NCBI GenBank assembly: GCA_965223665.1
Contig: OZ245011.1
Span: 3,008,001-3,072,000 of the forward strand
DNA length: 64,000 nt
Direction of reading: 5' to 3'
Source of the DNA: Nitrospinaceae bacterium
Lineage (GTDB): Bacteria; Nitrospinota; Nitrospinia; Nitrospinales; Nitrospinaceae
Part shown: positions 46,744 to 56,676 of the stretch, one piece after another
Layout: each line of letters begins with the position of its first letter
Numbering within the stretch: position 1 is the stretch's first letter
Notes under the pieces: model-generated
Databases searched by the model: none
What the model was told of the DNA's origin: nothing
The model's input: only the letters and a program-made list of their open reading frames with translations
Position numbers and translations under genes: made by a program

Positions 46744-47292
46744 TTACTTCATGAGTTTGGGGTTTGGAAGGTTTAGACCAAAGGCGGGAACTTTTTTATC
46801 TTGTTGCGTCAATTTTTGATATATCGCATGAAATTGGTTTGTATCTAATTCCGGATCTAGCAAGGTATTCAATTGTTGGGTTGTAATGGGTTGTTGAGAG
46901 CTTTCAGCAAATAGAGAAGTTCCTAATCCCATCCAATGCGGATAAACAAATTTATGATGAACTAAACTTTTGATCTCACCATAATATTTTAAAGCCATCC
47001 AAAGCACATGTTGGGCAATATATACAGGAACACATCGCCCAATGGCTGCAACACGGGATGGATTTTCCCCTGGATAACTCCAAAAAAATACCTCTGTTTG
47101 ACCCATTAATGAAAACTCTTTCCGCATTTCTCGAAACCTGGGTCTAAGTTTTTTTGAAAACCAGGCTTCAACCTTTACAGGTTGCTCTTCTATGGATGGG
47201 CAATTAGTTTCGGCCAATGAGTAATTCACATGAAATAATATTAGGCTGCTAACTAAACTTATGTAAGTTAAATACCGATAGATACTTTTCAT
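46744..47292 (-). CDS. Exported hypothetical protein, paralogue of 47879..48427
   Basis: From the ATG at 47292 it is 182 aa with a signal peptide; AIGRCVPVYIAQHV and HWMGLGT are shared with the paralogue. Confidence 0.75.
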   Translation of the reverse strand: MKSIYRYLTYISLVSSLILFHVNYSLAETNCPSIEEQPVKVEAWFSKKLRPRFREMRKEFSLMGQTEVFFWSYPGENPSRVAAIGRCVPVYIAQHVLWMALKYYGEIKSLVHHKFVYPHWMGLGTSLFAESSQQPITTQQLNTLLDPELDTNQFHAIYQKLTQQDKKVPAFGLNLPNPKLMK

Positions 47293-47424
47293 ATTCACCC
47301 AATAGAACACAATTACTGTAAGTCTATGATGAATAAATACTAAAAGATGGCTTTTAGTTCTTTTCAAATTGTTTCCTAATAAAAATACAATAAAACCACT
47401 CTACCCTGATACTGAAAAATATAA

Positions 47425-47877
47425 TTGGAGAAAAAAATGAGAGATAAAAAGAAAATTGTAAATTTAGTTGTTGACCAAATAAGATCTCAAATAATTATTG
47501 GAACTGAAAGTAACCTGGATTCTATAGATAATCCCTTAAATGAATATGCTTTGGGTTACATTTTTGGCTTTAGTTGCGGTTCTTTTGAGAATAGTGAAAT
47601 TCGAAACTATTTAGAAAAAATGAGTATCCTAACTCAGGTATATTCAAAGCTTTTTGGGACCTATGGCGAACACTTTTTGAAAGAATCCCTGAGTTTACAA
47701 GGAAATCCGGATTTTCAAAAAGGGGGAAATTGCGGTTGGGAAGAAATGAAGCGGATCCTTTTTAGAGAAGAACGAGCCATGGGATTAGCTCGCTTCCTTA
47801 AAGAAGGTAAAGCAACTTTCGCTTTATCAACGCGAAAACCAGTTTTTCTTAATAATGCTGCCCTTTCTGTGGCATAA
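47425..47877 (+). CDS. Hypothetical protein
   Basis: 150-aa ORF filling the gap between the two paralogues (likely ATG at 47437). Confidence 0.6.
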   Translation: MEKKMRDKKKIVNLVVDQIRSQIIIGTESNLDSIDNPLNEYALGYIFGFSCGSFENSEIRNYLEKMSILTQVYSKLFGTYGEHFLKESLSLQGNPDFQKGGNCGWEEMKRILFREERAMGLARFLKEGKATFALSTRKPVFLNNAALSVA

Positions 47878-47878
47878 A

Positions 47879-48427
47879 TTAGGGTTTGACCTTTTTAACA
47901 TTGGCAGGACGACTTCCAAAATAAGGAACGGTATCGTCTTGGACAGAAAATTTACGATATAGCGAATGAAACTCTTCAGTGCTGAGATTTGCGTTTAGCA
48001 ATTGTTGCACTTGATCAGGGGTTACCACCTGTTGGGAAGGTTCATCAAAGGTGGTAGTCCCAATTCCAATCCAATGAGTATGTAAAAAAGTTTGATTGAC
48101 CAAGCTTTTTATCCCGCCTGTATATTTCAATGCTTTCTTAATGACGTGTCGCGCAATATATGCCGGAACACATTTGCCAATTGCGATTACTTTTGCTGTT
48201 TCCCCTATTGGAAAAGGGCGGATTGCAGCTCGTGTATATCCTACCTCCAAAAACTCTTTAATTATTTGTTTTTTTTGCTTTTTAAATTTTTTTGAGATAT
48301 ATCCCTCGATCTTTACCTTTTTTTCCTCAACAGGTTGACAACCTTCAATCGCCTCGGACCAAGCATTTCCTTGAAAAATCGCACAAAATACCACACCTAA
48401 AATAAAAACAAATAAAGTTCGTTTCAT
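47879..48427 (-). CDS. Exported hypothetical protein, paralogue of 46744..47292
   Basis: Signal peptide; AIGKCVPAYIARHV and HWIGIGT. Confidence 0.75.
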   Translation of the reverse strand: MKRTLFVFILGVVFCAIFQGNAWSEAIEGCQPVEEKKVKIEGYISKKFKKQKKQIIKEFLEVGYTRAAIRPFPIGETAKVIAIGKCVPAYIARHVIKKALKYTGGIKSLVNQTFLHTHWIGIGTTTFDEPSQQVVTPDQVQQLLNANLSTEEFHSLYRKFSVQDDTVPYFGSRPANVKKVKP

Positions 48428-48567
48428 TTCTATAACTGCCTTTCTAAATCCTGATTAAGATAAAACCATGTAATTCCTTCCATTTAATGGGGTTATGGTA
48501 AAATAAACCAATATAATGGAGGGCTTTCAATTAAATATGCCTGAAAACTCTGAAATTCAGGCGATTT

Positions 48568-48798
48568 TTATCTATTATTGTATTCATTTGCACATTTTAC
48601 ACTGCAAAAAAATAATTCTTCCCCGGACACATTTTTTTTTACTGCTTCGGGTTTAGGAATATAAATTCCGCAATTCGGGTCCCTGACCATTTCTGTGGAA
48701 TTTTGGGAAGAACCCTCCTGGTCAGATGGTTTTAAAAACCACCGAAGTAAAAGTAAAACCAGGGTGATAATTAATGCAATTATTGCTAACCGAGACAT
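48568..48798 (-). CDS. Small membrane-anchored YHS/TRASH-domain protein
   Basis: MVRDPNCGIYIP...FFCSVKC. Confidence 0.8.
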   Translation of the reverse strand: MSRLAIIALIITLVLLLLRWFLKPSDQEGSSQNSTEMVRDPNCGIYIPKPEAVKKNVSGEELFFCSVKCANEYNNR

Positions 48799-48883
48799 TG
48801 CTCATTGTACTTTTTATAGACCACCGAATCAATGGCTACGGATTTCATTTAAATTTGAGTGCTAGAAAGAAAAAACATCTTAT

Positions 48884-49897
48884 ATGAGTAAGAATTTACC
48901 AGAAAATCCTCAAGACCCAGATGATGAGAATATTCCTGATGAAGAGTTACTCCCACCTCTTTCTGAGGATATAGAGCCAGATAATTCTGAGGGTGAAGAA
49001 AATCAAGGTTCCAGTCAGCTTTTACCGGTGGTGCGTGAAGATCATTCCCTTGCTCCCCTTGACCCTTTAACAACTTATATTAATGAAGTTCGAAATTATT
49101 CAGAATTAACCGAAGAGGAAGAACATAATTTAGCTCTTCATTTCAAAGAAACCGGAGATGTAAAAGCCGCCTACCAATTGATCACTCACAATTTAATGTT
49201 GGTGGTTAAAATTGCTCTCACATTTCGCCGCGAGTGGGAAAATATGATGGACTTGATTCAGGAAGGTAATGTGGGGCTTATGAAAGCAGTTCAAAATTTT
49301 GATCCGTTTCGAGGAGTGAGGCTTCCGGCATATGCCAGTTGGTGGATTAAGGCTTATATTTTAAAATTTATTTTAGATAATTGGCGTTTGGTGAAAGTAG
49401 GTACAACCAATGCAAGACGCAAGTTACTTTATAACCTGCAAAAAGAAAAAGCGAAATTAGAAGCCCAGGGTTTTGTGCCTTCGTCGAAACAACTGGCTGA
49501 GCATTTTGGTGTAGAAGAACAAGATGTTATCGATGTAGAAGCAAGTTTAGGAGCTTATGATGTTTCTATGGATACTCCTACTAAACCGGACAGCACACTC
49601 ACCCCAATGAAAACACTCACCGATGGGGCTCACCCTGAGCAGGATGTCGAGACTCAACAATTTCATGAAGCGTTTCGTGAAAAAATTGCCCAATTTCTTG
49701 AAGACCTTAAACCTATCGAAAAAGAGTTATTTGCCACTCGAATTCTATCTGTAGACCCGACTTCCTTGAAAGAAATTGGGGAACATTATAATATCACCCG
49801 GGAAGCAGTCCGCCAGGCAGAGCAGCGCTTGCTTAAAAAGTTCAAAGCGTATATAACGGAGGCCATGCCAGAAGCTGAGGATTATTTCAAACTTTGA
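48884..49897 (+). CDS. rpoH: RpoH (sigma-32)-like sigma factor
   Basis: DLIQEGNVGLMKAV, YASWWIKAYI, WRLVKVGTTNARRKLLYNL (RpoH-box-like), ITREAVRQ. Confidence 0.8.
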   Translation: MSKNLPENPQDPDDENIPDEELLPPLSEDIEPDNSEGEENQGSSQLLPVVREDHSLAPLDPLTTYINEVRNYSELTEEEEHNLALHFKETGDVKAAYQLITHNLMLVVKIALTFRREWENMMDLIQEGNVGLMKAVQNFDPFRGVRLPAYASWWIKAYILKFILDNWRLVKVGTTNARRKLLYNLQKEKAKLEAQGFVPSSKQLAEHFGVEEQDVIDVEASLGAYDVSMDTPTKPDSTLTPMKTLTDGAHPEQDVETQQFHEAFREKIAQFLEDLKPIEKELFATRILSVDPTSLKEIGEHYNITREAVRQAEQRLLKKFKAYITEAMPEAEDYFKL

Positions 49898-49987
49898 GAT
49901 AAGTAGTATTTTCTGGGTTAGTTGCAGGATGTATTTATTCATATTAAAGAAATTTTTGGGTATTCATTAAATCAGGAGGAGGAATAA

Positions 49988-51376
49988 ATGGAACACCGGG
50001 TTGAAACCGATAGTATGGGAGAAATTAAGGTTCCCGCAAATAAGTATTATGGCGCCCAAACCGCTCGGTCTCTTATTCATTTTGATATTGGAATTGAAAC
50101 CATGCCGCGTGAACTGATCCGCGCAATGGGTATCCTTAAAAAAGCCGCGGCTACTGTTAACTGTGAGTTAGGGCTACTATCTGAAGATAAAAAGATTTTA
50201 ATGAATCAGGCAGCAGATGAAGTTATTTCCGGAGAGTTGGATAGCCATTTCCCTTTGCGTGTATGGCAAACTGGAAGTGGAACTCAAACAAATATGAATA
50301 CAAATGAGGTCATTGCAAATCGGGCCATTGAAATTAGTGGAGGAAAACTTGGGAGTAAAGACCCCATTCACCCGAATGATGATGTTAATAAAGGTCAGTC
50401 TTCTAATGATACATTTCCTACTGCAATGCATATAGCAGCGGTAGAAAAAATTAATGAAACCTTAATTCCTTCAATAGGAAAACTAAGGGATACATTGAAA
50501 AAAAAGTCGGAGGAGTTTAAAGAAATAATAAAAATTGGCCGAACGCATTTAATGGATGCAACACCTCTTACTTTAGGGCAGGAGTTTAGTGGGTATGTGA
50601 CTCAACTGGATAACGCTATTCAACGAATTGATGGATGTCTGCCTCGGTTGCTTCAAATTGCTTTAGGGGGAACTGCTGTGGGAACGGGAATTAATTCTCA
50701 TAAAGAGTTTCCTAAAAAAGTCGCCTCTGAAATTGCCAATCTGACGGGTCATCCTTTTATAACCGCTCCAAACAAATTTGAGGCACTTGCGGCCCATGAT
50801 GCAGTGGTTGAAGCAAGCGGGGTTATGAAAACAATTGCCTGTTCGCTGATGAAAATTGCAAATGATATTCGATGGTTGGGCTCTGGTCCACGCTGTGGAA
50901 TTGGGGAAATTACTTTACCGGCCAATGAGCCTGGGAGTTCTATTATGCCGGGAAAAGTTAATCCTACTCAGTCGGAAGCCATGACGATGGTGGCAGCACA
51001 AGTGATTGGAAATGATACGGTAGTTAACGTTGGGGGCTCGTCGGGTAACTTTGAATTGAATGTATTTAAACCGGTGATGATATACAATTTGCTGCAATCG
51101 ATTCGGCTTATTTCCGATGCTTGTAAATCCTTTAACGAACATTGCGCTGCAGGAATTAAACCCAATAAAGGGAAAATTGAAGAGCATCTAAAAAATTCTT
51201 TAATGTTAGTGACTGCTTTGAATCCACATATTGGTTATGACAATGCAGCCAAAGTAGCGAAAAAAGCATTTGAAGAAAATAGCACTTTAAAAGAAGCGGC
51301 AGTATCTTTAGGGCTGTTAACAGGAGAGGAATTCGATGAAAAAGTTCAGCCAAAAAATATGATCGGTCCGAAATAA
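49988..51376 (+). CDS. fumC: Class II fumarate hydratase
   Basis: [36 protein letters not shown]. Confidence 0.97.
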   Translation: MEHRVETDSMGEIKVPANKYYGAQTARSLIHFDIGIETMPRELIRAMGILKKAAATVNCELGLLSEDKKILMNQAADEVISGELDSHFPLRVWQTGSGTQTNMNTNEVIANRAIEISGGKLGSKDPIHPNDDVNKGQSSNDTFPTAMHIAAVEKINETLIPSIGKLRDTLKKKSEEFKEIIKIGRTHLMDATPLTLGQEFSGYVTQLDNAIQRIDGCLPRLLQIALGGTAVGTGINSHKEFPKKVASEIANLTGHPFITAPNKFEALAAHDAVVEASGVMKTIACSLMKIANDIRWLGSGPRCGIGEITLPANEPGSSIMPGKVNPTQSEAMTMVAAQVIGNDTVVNVGGSSGNFELNVFKPVMIYNLLQSIRLISDACKSFNEHCAAGIKPNKGKIEEHLKNSLMLVTALNPHIGYDNAAKVAKKAFEENSTLKEAAVSLGLLTGEEFDEKVQPKNMIGPK

Positions 51377-51380
51377 CCCT

Positions 51381-52148
51381 TTAAATTGGAGAAGATTTAA
51401 ATCGATCAATCAGTTGTAAGTTTTCTGTAAAACATTTACGAGTGGCAAGATGAGTGGTAAGAATGGTTGTTAGACTTGCTGTTCCCGCGATCATGAATAC
51501 AACGGCTAGTTGATACTTTACCGCTTCTAAGGGTGATCCTCCTGCAATAATAAATCCAGTCATAATTCCTGGTAAATGAACCAAACCAATTACCTTCATG
51601 CTATCTATCGAGGGAATTAGAGCAGCCCTAACTGATTTTCTTAGTGCCCGCTGACTGGCTTGAGCTTTGTTTGCCCCTAGCGCAAGTAAGGTTTCAATTT
51701 GGTTACTTTGATGCTTCATTTCTCCAATTAACCGGTTCATGGCCAGGGATGATGCATTCATTGAGTTTCCAATAATCATGCCTCCTAAGGGAATAATAAA
51801 TTTTGCTTCGGGAGCAATGATTCCTGCAGCAAACAATATTGAAAACGTTAATACAGATCCTGCAAGGATACCTATGAAAGCCACTTGGAAAGATTGAGGA
51901 ATTTCGTTTCCACGTTTTCCAGAAATAGAAGCTGCCACTCCGCACATTAATAACAATATCAAAAACAAAAATACTTTTCCTTCAATTTGGAAAATAGCTT
52001 CTAAAATGAAACCCATAACTATTAGTTGTATTAATGCTCGGGTAGAACCAATCATCAAATCTTTTTCTAATTTCAATTGATTGCTGTATGAAATAATCAT
52101 TGCAATCAATACTAAACCGTAAACTATCACTAAAGATTCAATATTCAT
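51381..52148 (-). CDS. fetB: FetB/YbbM-like ABC permease
   Basis: RALIQL, IIPLGGMIIGNSM, GLVHLPGIMTG, PLEAVKYQ. Confidence 0.88.
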   Translation of the reverse strand: MNIESLVIVYGLVLIAMIISYSNQLKLEKDLMIGSTRALIQLIVMGFILEAIFQIEGKVFLFLILLLMCGVAASISGKRGNEIPQSFQVAFIGILAGSVLTFSILFAAGIIAPEAKFIIPLGGMIIGNSMNASSLAMNRLIGEMKHQSNQIETLLALGANKAQASQRALRKSVRAALIPSIDSMKVIGLVHLPGIMTGFIIAGGSPLEAVKYQLAVVFMIAGTASLTTILTTHLATRKCFTENLQLIDRFKSSPI

Positions 52149-52173
52149 TTAAGTTACCTACAATTTATAAAAT

Positions 52174-52893
52174 TTAGGAATTAGAGTTGAGATTACCTTT
52201 GAAAAATTTTTTCAATATATCGTTTTCATGGTCTTTCATTAAGTGTTCAATCGGACCTCGCACCAATATCGAACCATTTATCATTATGATGGTTTGTGCA
52301 TTAAGTCTTCGAGCCTGTTCAATATTATGAGTGACTAAAATTGTGGTGATTTTTAGGTCATGGTGTATTCGTTGGATAAGTTTTTCAATGGTCAATGCGG
52401 CTGTAGGGTCCAATGCTGATGTAGGTTCATCAAGCATGATAATCTCTGGCTTGTTGGCTAATACCTGGGCAAGAGCCACTCGTTGTTGCTCTCCGATGGA
52501 TAAAGAATTTGCTTGCCGATTCAATATATCTATAGGAAGCCCCACTTGCTTAATTAAAGACTCACATTCAGTTTTTAAAAAAGATTCGTTTCGTAGAGAA
52601 GGTCCGGTGGAGATATTTTTCTCGACACTTCCCGGTAGTAAAGCAGGAACTTGAAATACCATTCCTATTTGTTTTCTCAAATTCAAAGGGTCTATGGAAT
52701 TGACATCTTGCCCATTCAACATAATTTGACCGGAACTAATAGTTTCAAGGCGGTTCAAGCACCTCAGTAAGGTAGACTTTCCGGATCCCGAAGGGCCCAG
52801 GACCAATAACATTTCAGCTGTTGGAACTTTAAATGAAACGTTATTAAGAATGGAACGTTCAAAATTTTTATAAATATTAGAAACTTCTAACAC
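52174..52893 (-). CDS. ABC ATP-binding protein, FetA/YbbL-like
   Basis: GPSGSGKST, LSIGEQQRV, MLDEPTSALD; GTG start inferred at 52893. Confidence 0.88.
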   Translation of the reverse strand: MLEVSNIYKNFERSILNNVSFKVPTAEMLLVLGPSGSGKSTLLRCLNRLETISSGQIMLNGQDVNSIDPLNLRKQIGMVFQVPALLPGSVEKNISTGPSLRNESFLKTECESLIKQVGLPIDILNRQANSLSIGEQQRVALAQVLANKPEIIMLDEPTSALDPTAALTIEKLIQRIHHDLKITTILVTHNIEQARRLNAQTIIMINGSILVRGPIEHLMKDHENDILKKFFKGNLNSNS

Positions 52894-52991
52894 CAAACGA
52901 CCTAAAAAAAAGATGAAAAAATAGTATTTTTTTTTTGGAAAAATTAGATACAATAGAATTATAGTACCCTTATTCAATTATTTTAAGGTCG

Positions 52992-53468
52992 GTGACTATG
53001 GCATTACCGCCTAGAAAAAAAATGAAATCATTGCTGGGGTATCTACTTGTCCTTTTATGGATATTCCATTTTAGTTTTGGCAATTCTTTTCATTACCATC
53101 CCACTTATACCCATTCCCATGCGGGGGCTTTAGAACCTCATAATCATGGGGGCCACTTTCACTCACAAGAAATAGAGACAATTGCGGAATTTCTCCATCA
53201 AAGTAATCCTTTATGGCCTGGCGAAACCCACCAACACCCTGAACCCTCTCCTGGAACTGACAGAGACTCGGCACAACTAGATTTTAACAAAAGTATCCTA
53301 CTTCCAGACAAAAGTTTTGTTCCTATTAAAGTGGCCTGGTCGCAAACTCAATTATTTGCAATAAATCATAGCAAGCAAGATTTTAATATTGACGTATCTC
53401 AACATTTTCAAATATTAAAATTTCCCTCCTCAATATCAGAGCGTTCTCCACCTTTCCATAGCATCTAA
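52992..53468 (+). CDS. His-rich exported/leader protein with C-terminal RSPP (CzcI/DUF2946-like architecture)
   Basis: Hydrophobic N-terminus, HYHPTYTHSHAG...HNHGGHFH and SERSPPF near the stop; upstream of czcC. Confidence 0.65.
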   Translation: MTMALPPRKKMKSLLGYLLVLLWIFHFSFGNSFHYHPTYTHSHAGALEPHNHGGHFHSQEIETIAEFLHQSNPLWPGETHQHPEPSPGTDRDSAQLDFNKSILLPDKSFVPIKVAWSQTQLFAINHSKQDFNIDVSQHFQILKFPSSISERSPPFHSI

Positions 53469-53572
53469 TTTTATTTTTCTTTAGCTAAAATAATAATTGC
53501 AGCTCTATCACCTTGTCTGCCTATTTTAAGCAGTGAGGAGACTATGTGATTTTTTGAAGCATTAGGTTTGCT

Positions 53573-54898
53573 ATGAATTCTTACTTTTTAAAAACTATTG
53601 TTTCCTTCGTTATTTTACTAAGTCTGCACAATATAGCGTTGGGAAAATCAGATAAAAATAAAAACTCTATTAATGAGCTTACGGGAGAATTAACACTTCG
53701 GCAAGTAGTTACTCAGGTTCTGATGCGGAATCCAGAGTTAAAAGCCTACTCTCTCGAAATCCGCGCAAGGGAAGCTCGTATTCTGCAGGCAGGGTTACGG
53801 CCCAATCCACAAATTTTGTTGGATACACAGGATATTTTGGGTTCCGGAGGATTTAGTGGCGCTGATCAATCTCAATCGACTATTACACTTAGCCAAATTA
53901 TAGAGTTAGGTGGAAAACGCACTCGAAGAGAAAAAGAAGCCATTCGCAAACGGGACTTAGCTCAATGGGATTACGAAACCAACCGAATGGATGTTTTAAC
54001 ACGAGTTGCTAAGGATTTTATTGAAGCGGTAGCGGCTCAAGAAAAATTATTGCTCACTAAAGAATTGGTTAATCTATCAAAAAATTTATTAAGAGCCGTA
54101 AAGGAAAAAGTAACTGCTGGGAAGGTATCTCCAATCCAAAAAATAAAAGCAGAAGTTGCTCTTTCTTCCACTCGAATTCAATATCAACAAGCTTTCAACC
54201 AAGTGCAAAAAACCTATCGCAAATTGGCAACTTCGTGGGGAAGTACTCAACCCCAATTTAAAAAAGTAGTTGGAGATCTATTTAAGATTTCTTCGATTCC
54301 TAAATTCGAGACACTAAAAAAACAATTATTGCGTAACCCTCAATTAGCGCGATGGGCGGCAGAGGTAACTCAACGCCAGGCAAAATTGGATTTAGAACTT
54401 GCAAATGCTAAACCGAACTTGAGAGTGGGCGCGGGGGGCCGTTGGTTCCAGGAAACAAAGGATAATACTTTTATTTTTGAATTTTCATTTCCGTTACAGT
54501 TCTTTGATCGCAACCAAGGGGCGATTGCAGAAGCAAGACATCGATTAGCCAAAATAGAGCAAGAGAAAAAAGCCATCACACTTCAATTGCACCGCAATCT
54601 TTCTGAAAAATATTTACGTTTAATCAATGCACATCAAAGTGTCATTGCATTAAAGAAAAAAGTCCTTCCGGGAGCGCAAACGGCTTTTGAAGCCACACAA
54701 GAAGGATACCAATATGGAAAGTTCGGTTATTTGGAAATATTGGACAGTCAACGAACTTTATTTGATGCACGTGCGCAATACATCAACGCTCTATTGGAAT
54801 ATCATCAAGCTCTTGCAGATGTAGAGCGATTAATTGGCAAACCCTTAAGCCAAATTTTTTATTTAAAGGAATCAAATTCCGGAGGACCCAATAAATGA
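53573..54898 (+). CDS. czcC: Heavy-metal RND outer membrane factor, CzcC-like
   Basis: QAGLRPNP, LSQIIELGGKR, FFDRNQG, GKFGYLEILDSQRTL. Confidence 0.85.
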   Translation: MNSYFLKTIVSFVILLSLHNIALGKSDKNKNSINELTGELTLRQVVTQVLMRNPELKAYSLEIRAREARILQAGLRPNPQILLDTQDILGSGGFSGADQSQSTITLSQIIELGGKRTRREKEAIRKRDLAQWDYETNRMDVLTRVAKDFIEAVAAQEKLLLTKELVNLSKNLLRAVKEKVTAGKVSPIQKIKAEVALSSTRIQYQQAFNQVQKTYRKLATSWGSTQPQFKKVVGDLFKISSIPKFETLKKQLLRNPQLARWAAEVTQRQAKLDLELANAKPNLRVGAGGRWFQETKDNTFIFEFSFPLQFFDRNQGAIAEARHRLAKIEQEKKAITLQLHRNLSEKYLRLINAHQSVIALKKKVLPGAQTAFEATQEGYQYGKFGYLEILDSQRTLFDARAQYINALLEYHQALADVERLIGKPLSQIFYLKESNSGGPNK

Positions 54899-56667
54899 AT
54901 CCTCGGTCAAAGCGAAACATTTTTTGGATTTTGTTAGTTGGCTTTTTGTTTGGGATTTTCATTTTTAAAGGGGATTGGTTTTCTTTCAAAAAAAAGACCT
55001 CAACTTCAGTCCATCTTCCTACTCAAAGTACACTTTCAGAATATAAAAAAGGTTCCCATGGTGGAATTTTATTAACCAAAGAGGATTTACAATTGGAAGT
55101 TCTTCTTATTGAGGACAAAAACAACCCACCTCATTTCAGAGTTTATCCATTTAATTCTGAGGGAAATGCAATTAACCTATCGCAACTCCAATTGCAAATT
55201 CAATTAAACAGATTGGATCAAACGAATAAATTTTTGTTTAGACCTTCCGGAGAGTATTTTGAAAACAATGAAATTGTAGAAGAACCTCATTCTTTTGAAG
55301 TGGAGGTGACGGCAAAGTTTAACAATAAAGACTATTCATGGAACTATTCCCACTATGAAAGCCGCGCAGAAATTTCCAGTGAATCGGCGCGGAACGCAGG
55401 AATTGAATTATCTAAAGCAGGTCCAGCTAATTTGAAAAAAGTAATGCAACTTCCCGGGGAAATTGGTCTTCATGAAAAAAGAGTAGCGCATGTAGTGCCT
55501 CGGGTGGATGCAATGGTTTTAAAGGTAAATAAAGACTTAGGTGATAAGGTAAGAAAGGGAGACTTGCTGGCTATTTTAGAAAGCCGGGAACTGGCTGATG
55601 CCAGAAGCGCTTACCTTGCTGCTATCAAAAAAGCTGAACCCGTGAGAATGGACTTAGAGCGCCAGCAAATGCTTTATAAAAATACAAAAACGATGATTGA
55701 TTTATTAAATGAAGAGAAAGATCTGGATCAAATACATGATGAAATTGATAAGTTAATTTTAGGAGAATCCCGAGCCCAACTTATTCCGGCATATGCAAAA
55801 TTGTTAAGGTCCCAGGCGGTTTATGAAAGAGAAAAGTTACTTTATGAAAAAAAGATTTCTTCAAGATCCGAGTATCTTTTAGCCTTTGAAGAATTTAAAA
55901 GTTCAGATGCAAAGTATAAGGCCATGCGGGAAGAAGTAGAATATAAAAATCAGATATTGATGTTAGAAAAAAAACGAAATTTTGATATGGCAAATTTGCA
56001 AATTCAAACCACTCAGCAGAAACTTTTGGCATTGGGTCTTTCAAAAAAGGAAATTCAAAAATTGCCGGATTCCAAAGGACAAAAGTTTACTCAGTATGAA
56101 CTCAGATCTGCAATTGACGGCGAAGTTATCCAAAAACACATTACTGCAGGTGAAGCCGTTAAAAAGGATGATGATATTTTTGTTTTAGCCAATCTTTCAG
56201 AAGTCTGGGTGAATATTGCGGTTCCCGCAAAGGACTTGAATATTATTAAATTAGGTCAATCCATAAAGGTCAAATCAGATAATTTAGGTATTGAGGCTAC
56301 AGGAAAACTTACTTATTTAGGATCCATCATTGACGAAAAAACACGGACGGTAACTGGGCGAGTTGTGATTTCAAATACTGATCAACAATGGCGACCCGGG
56401 ATGTATGTCACGATTGAGTTATTAAAAGAATCGAGAGAAGTTTCCCTAGCAGTTCAAGCTAGCGCTATCCAATCTTATCAAGGATGGTCTGTGGTCTTTA
56501 TTAAAGTTGGCGATATTTATGAAGCCCGACCTCTGGAACTTGGTGAATCTGATGGTCAGTGGATTGAAGTTTTAAAAGGTTTGCAACCGGGCGCGGAGTA
56601 TGTGAGTAAAAATAGCTTTGTGATTAAAGCGGAAATTGGAAAGTCCGGGGCTTCACAGGATCATTAA
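54895..56667 (+). CDS. czcB: Heavy-metal RND periplasmic adaptor, CzcB-like, with an extended helical hairpin
   Basis: GDKVRKGDLLA, LRSAIDGEV, ANLSEVWV, DEKTRT, WRPGMYV; 590 aa. Confidence 0.85.
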   Translation: MNPRSKRNIFWILLVGFLFGIFIFKGDWFSFKKKTSTSVHLPTQSTLSEYKKGSHGGILLTKEDLQLEVLLIEDKNNPPHFRVYPFNSEGNAINLSQLQLQIQLNRLDQTNKFLFRPSGEYFENNEIVEEPHSFEVEVTAKFNNKDYSWNYSHYESRAEISSESARNAGIELSKAGPANLKKVMQLPGEIGLHEKRVAHVVPRVDAMVLKVNKDLGDKVRKGDLLAILESRELADARSAYLAAIKKAEPVRMDLERQQMLYKNTKTMIDLLNEEKDLDQIHDEIDKLILGESRAQLIPAYAKLLRSQAVYEREKLLYEKKISSRSEYLLAFEEFKSSDAKYKAMREEVEYKNQILMLEKKRNFDMANLQIQTTQQKLLALGLSKKEIQKLPDSKGQKFTQYELRSAIDGEVIQKHITAGEAVKKDDDIFVLANLSEVWVNIAVPAKDLNIIKLGQSIKVKSDNLGIEATGKLTYLGSIIDEKTRTVTGRVVISNTDQQWRPGMYVTIELLKESREVSLAVQASAIQSYQGWSVVFIKVGDIYEARPLELGESDGQWIEVLKGLQPGAEYVSKNSFVIKAEIGKSGASQDH

Positions 56668-56676
56668 ACTAATATT

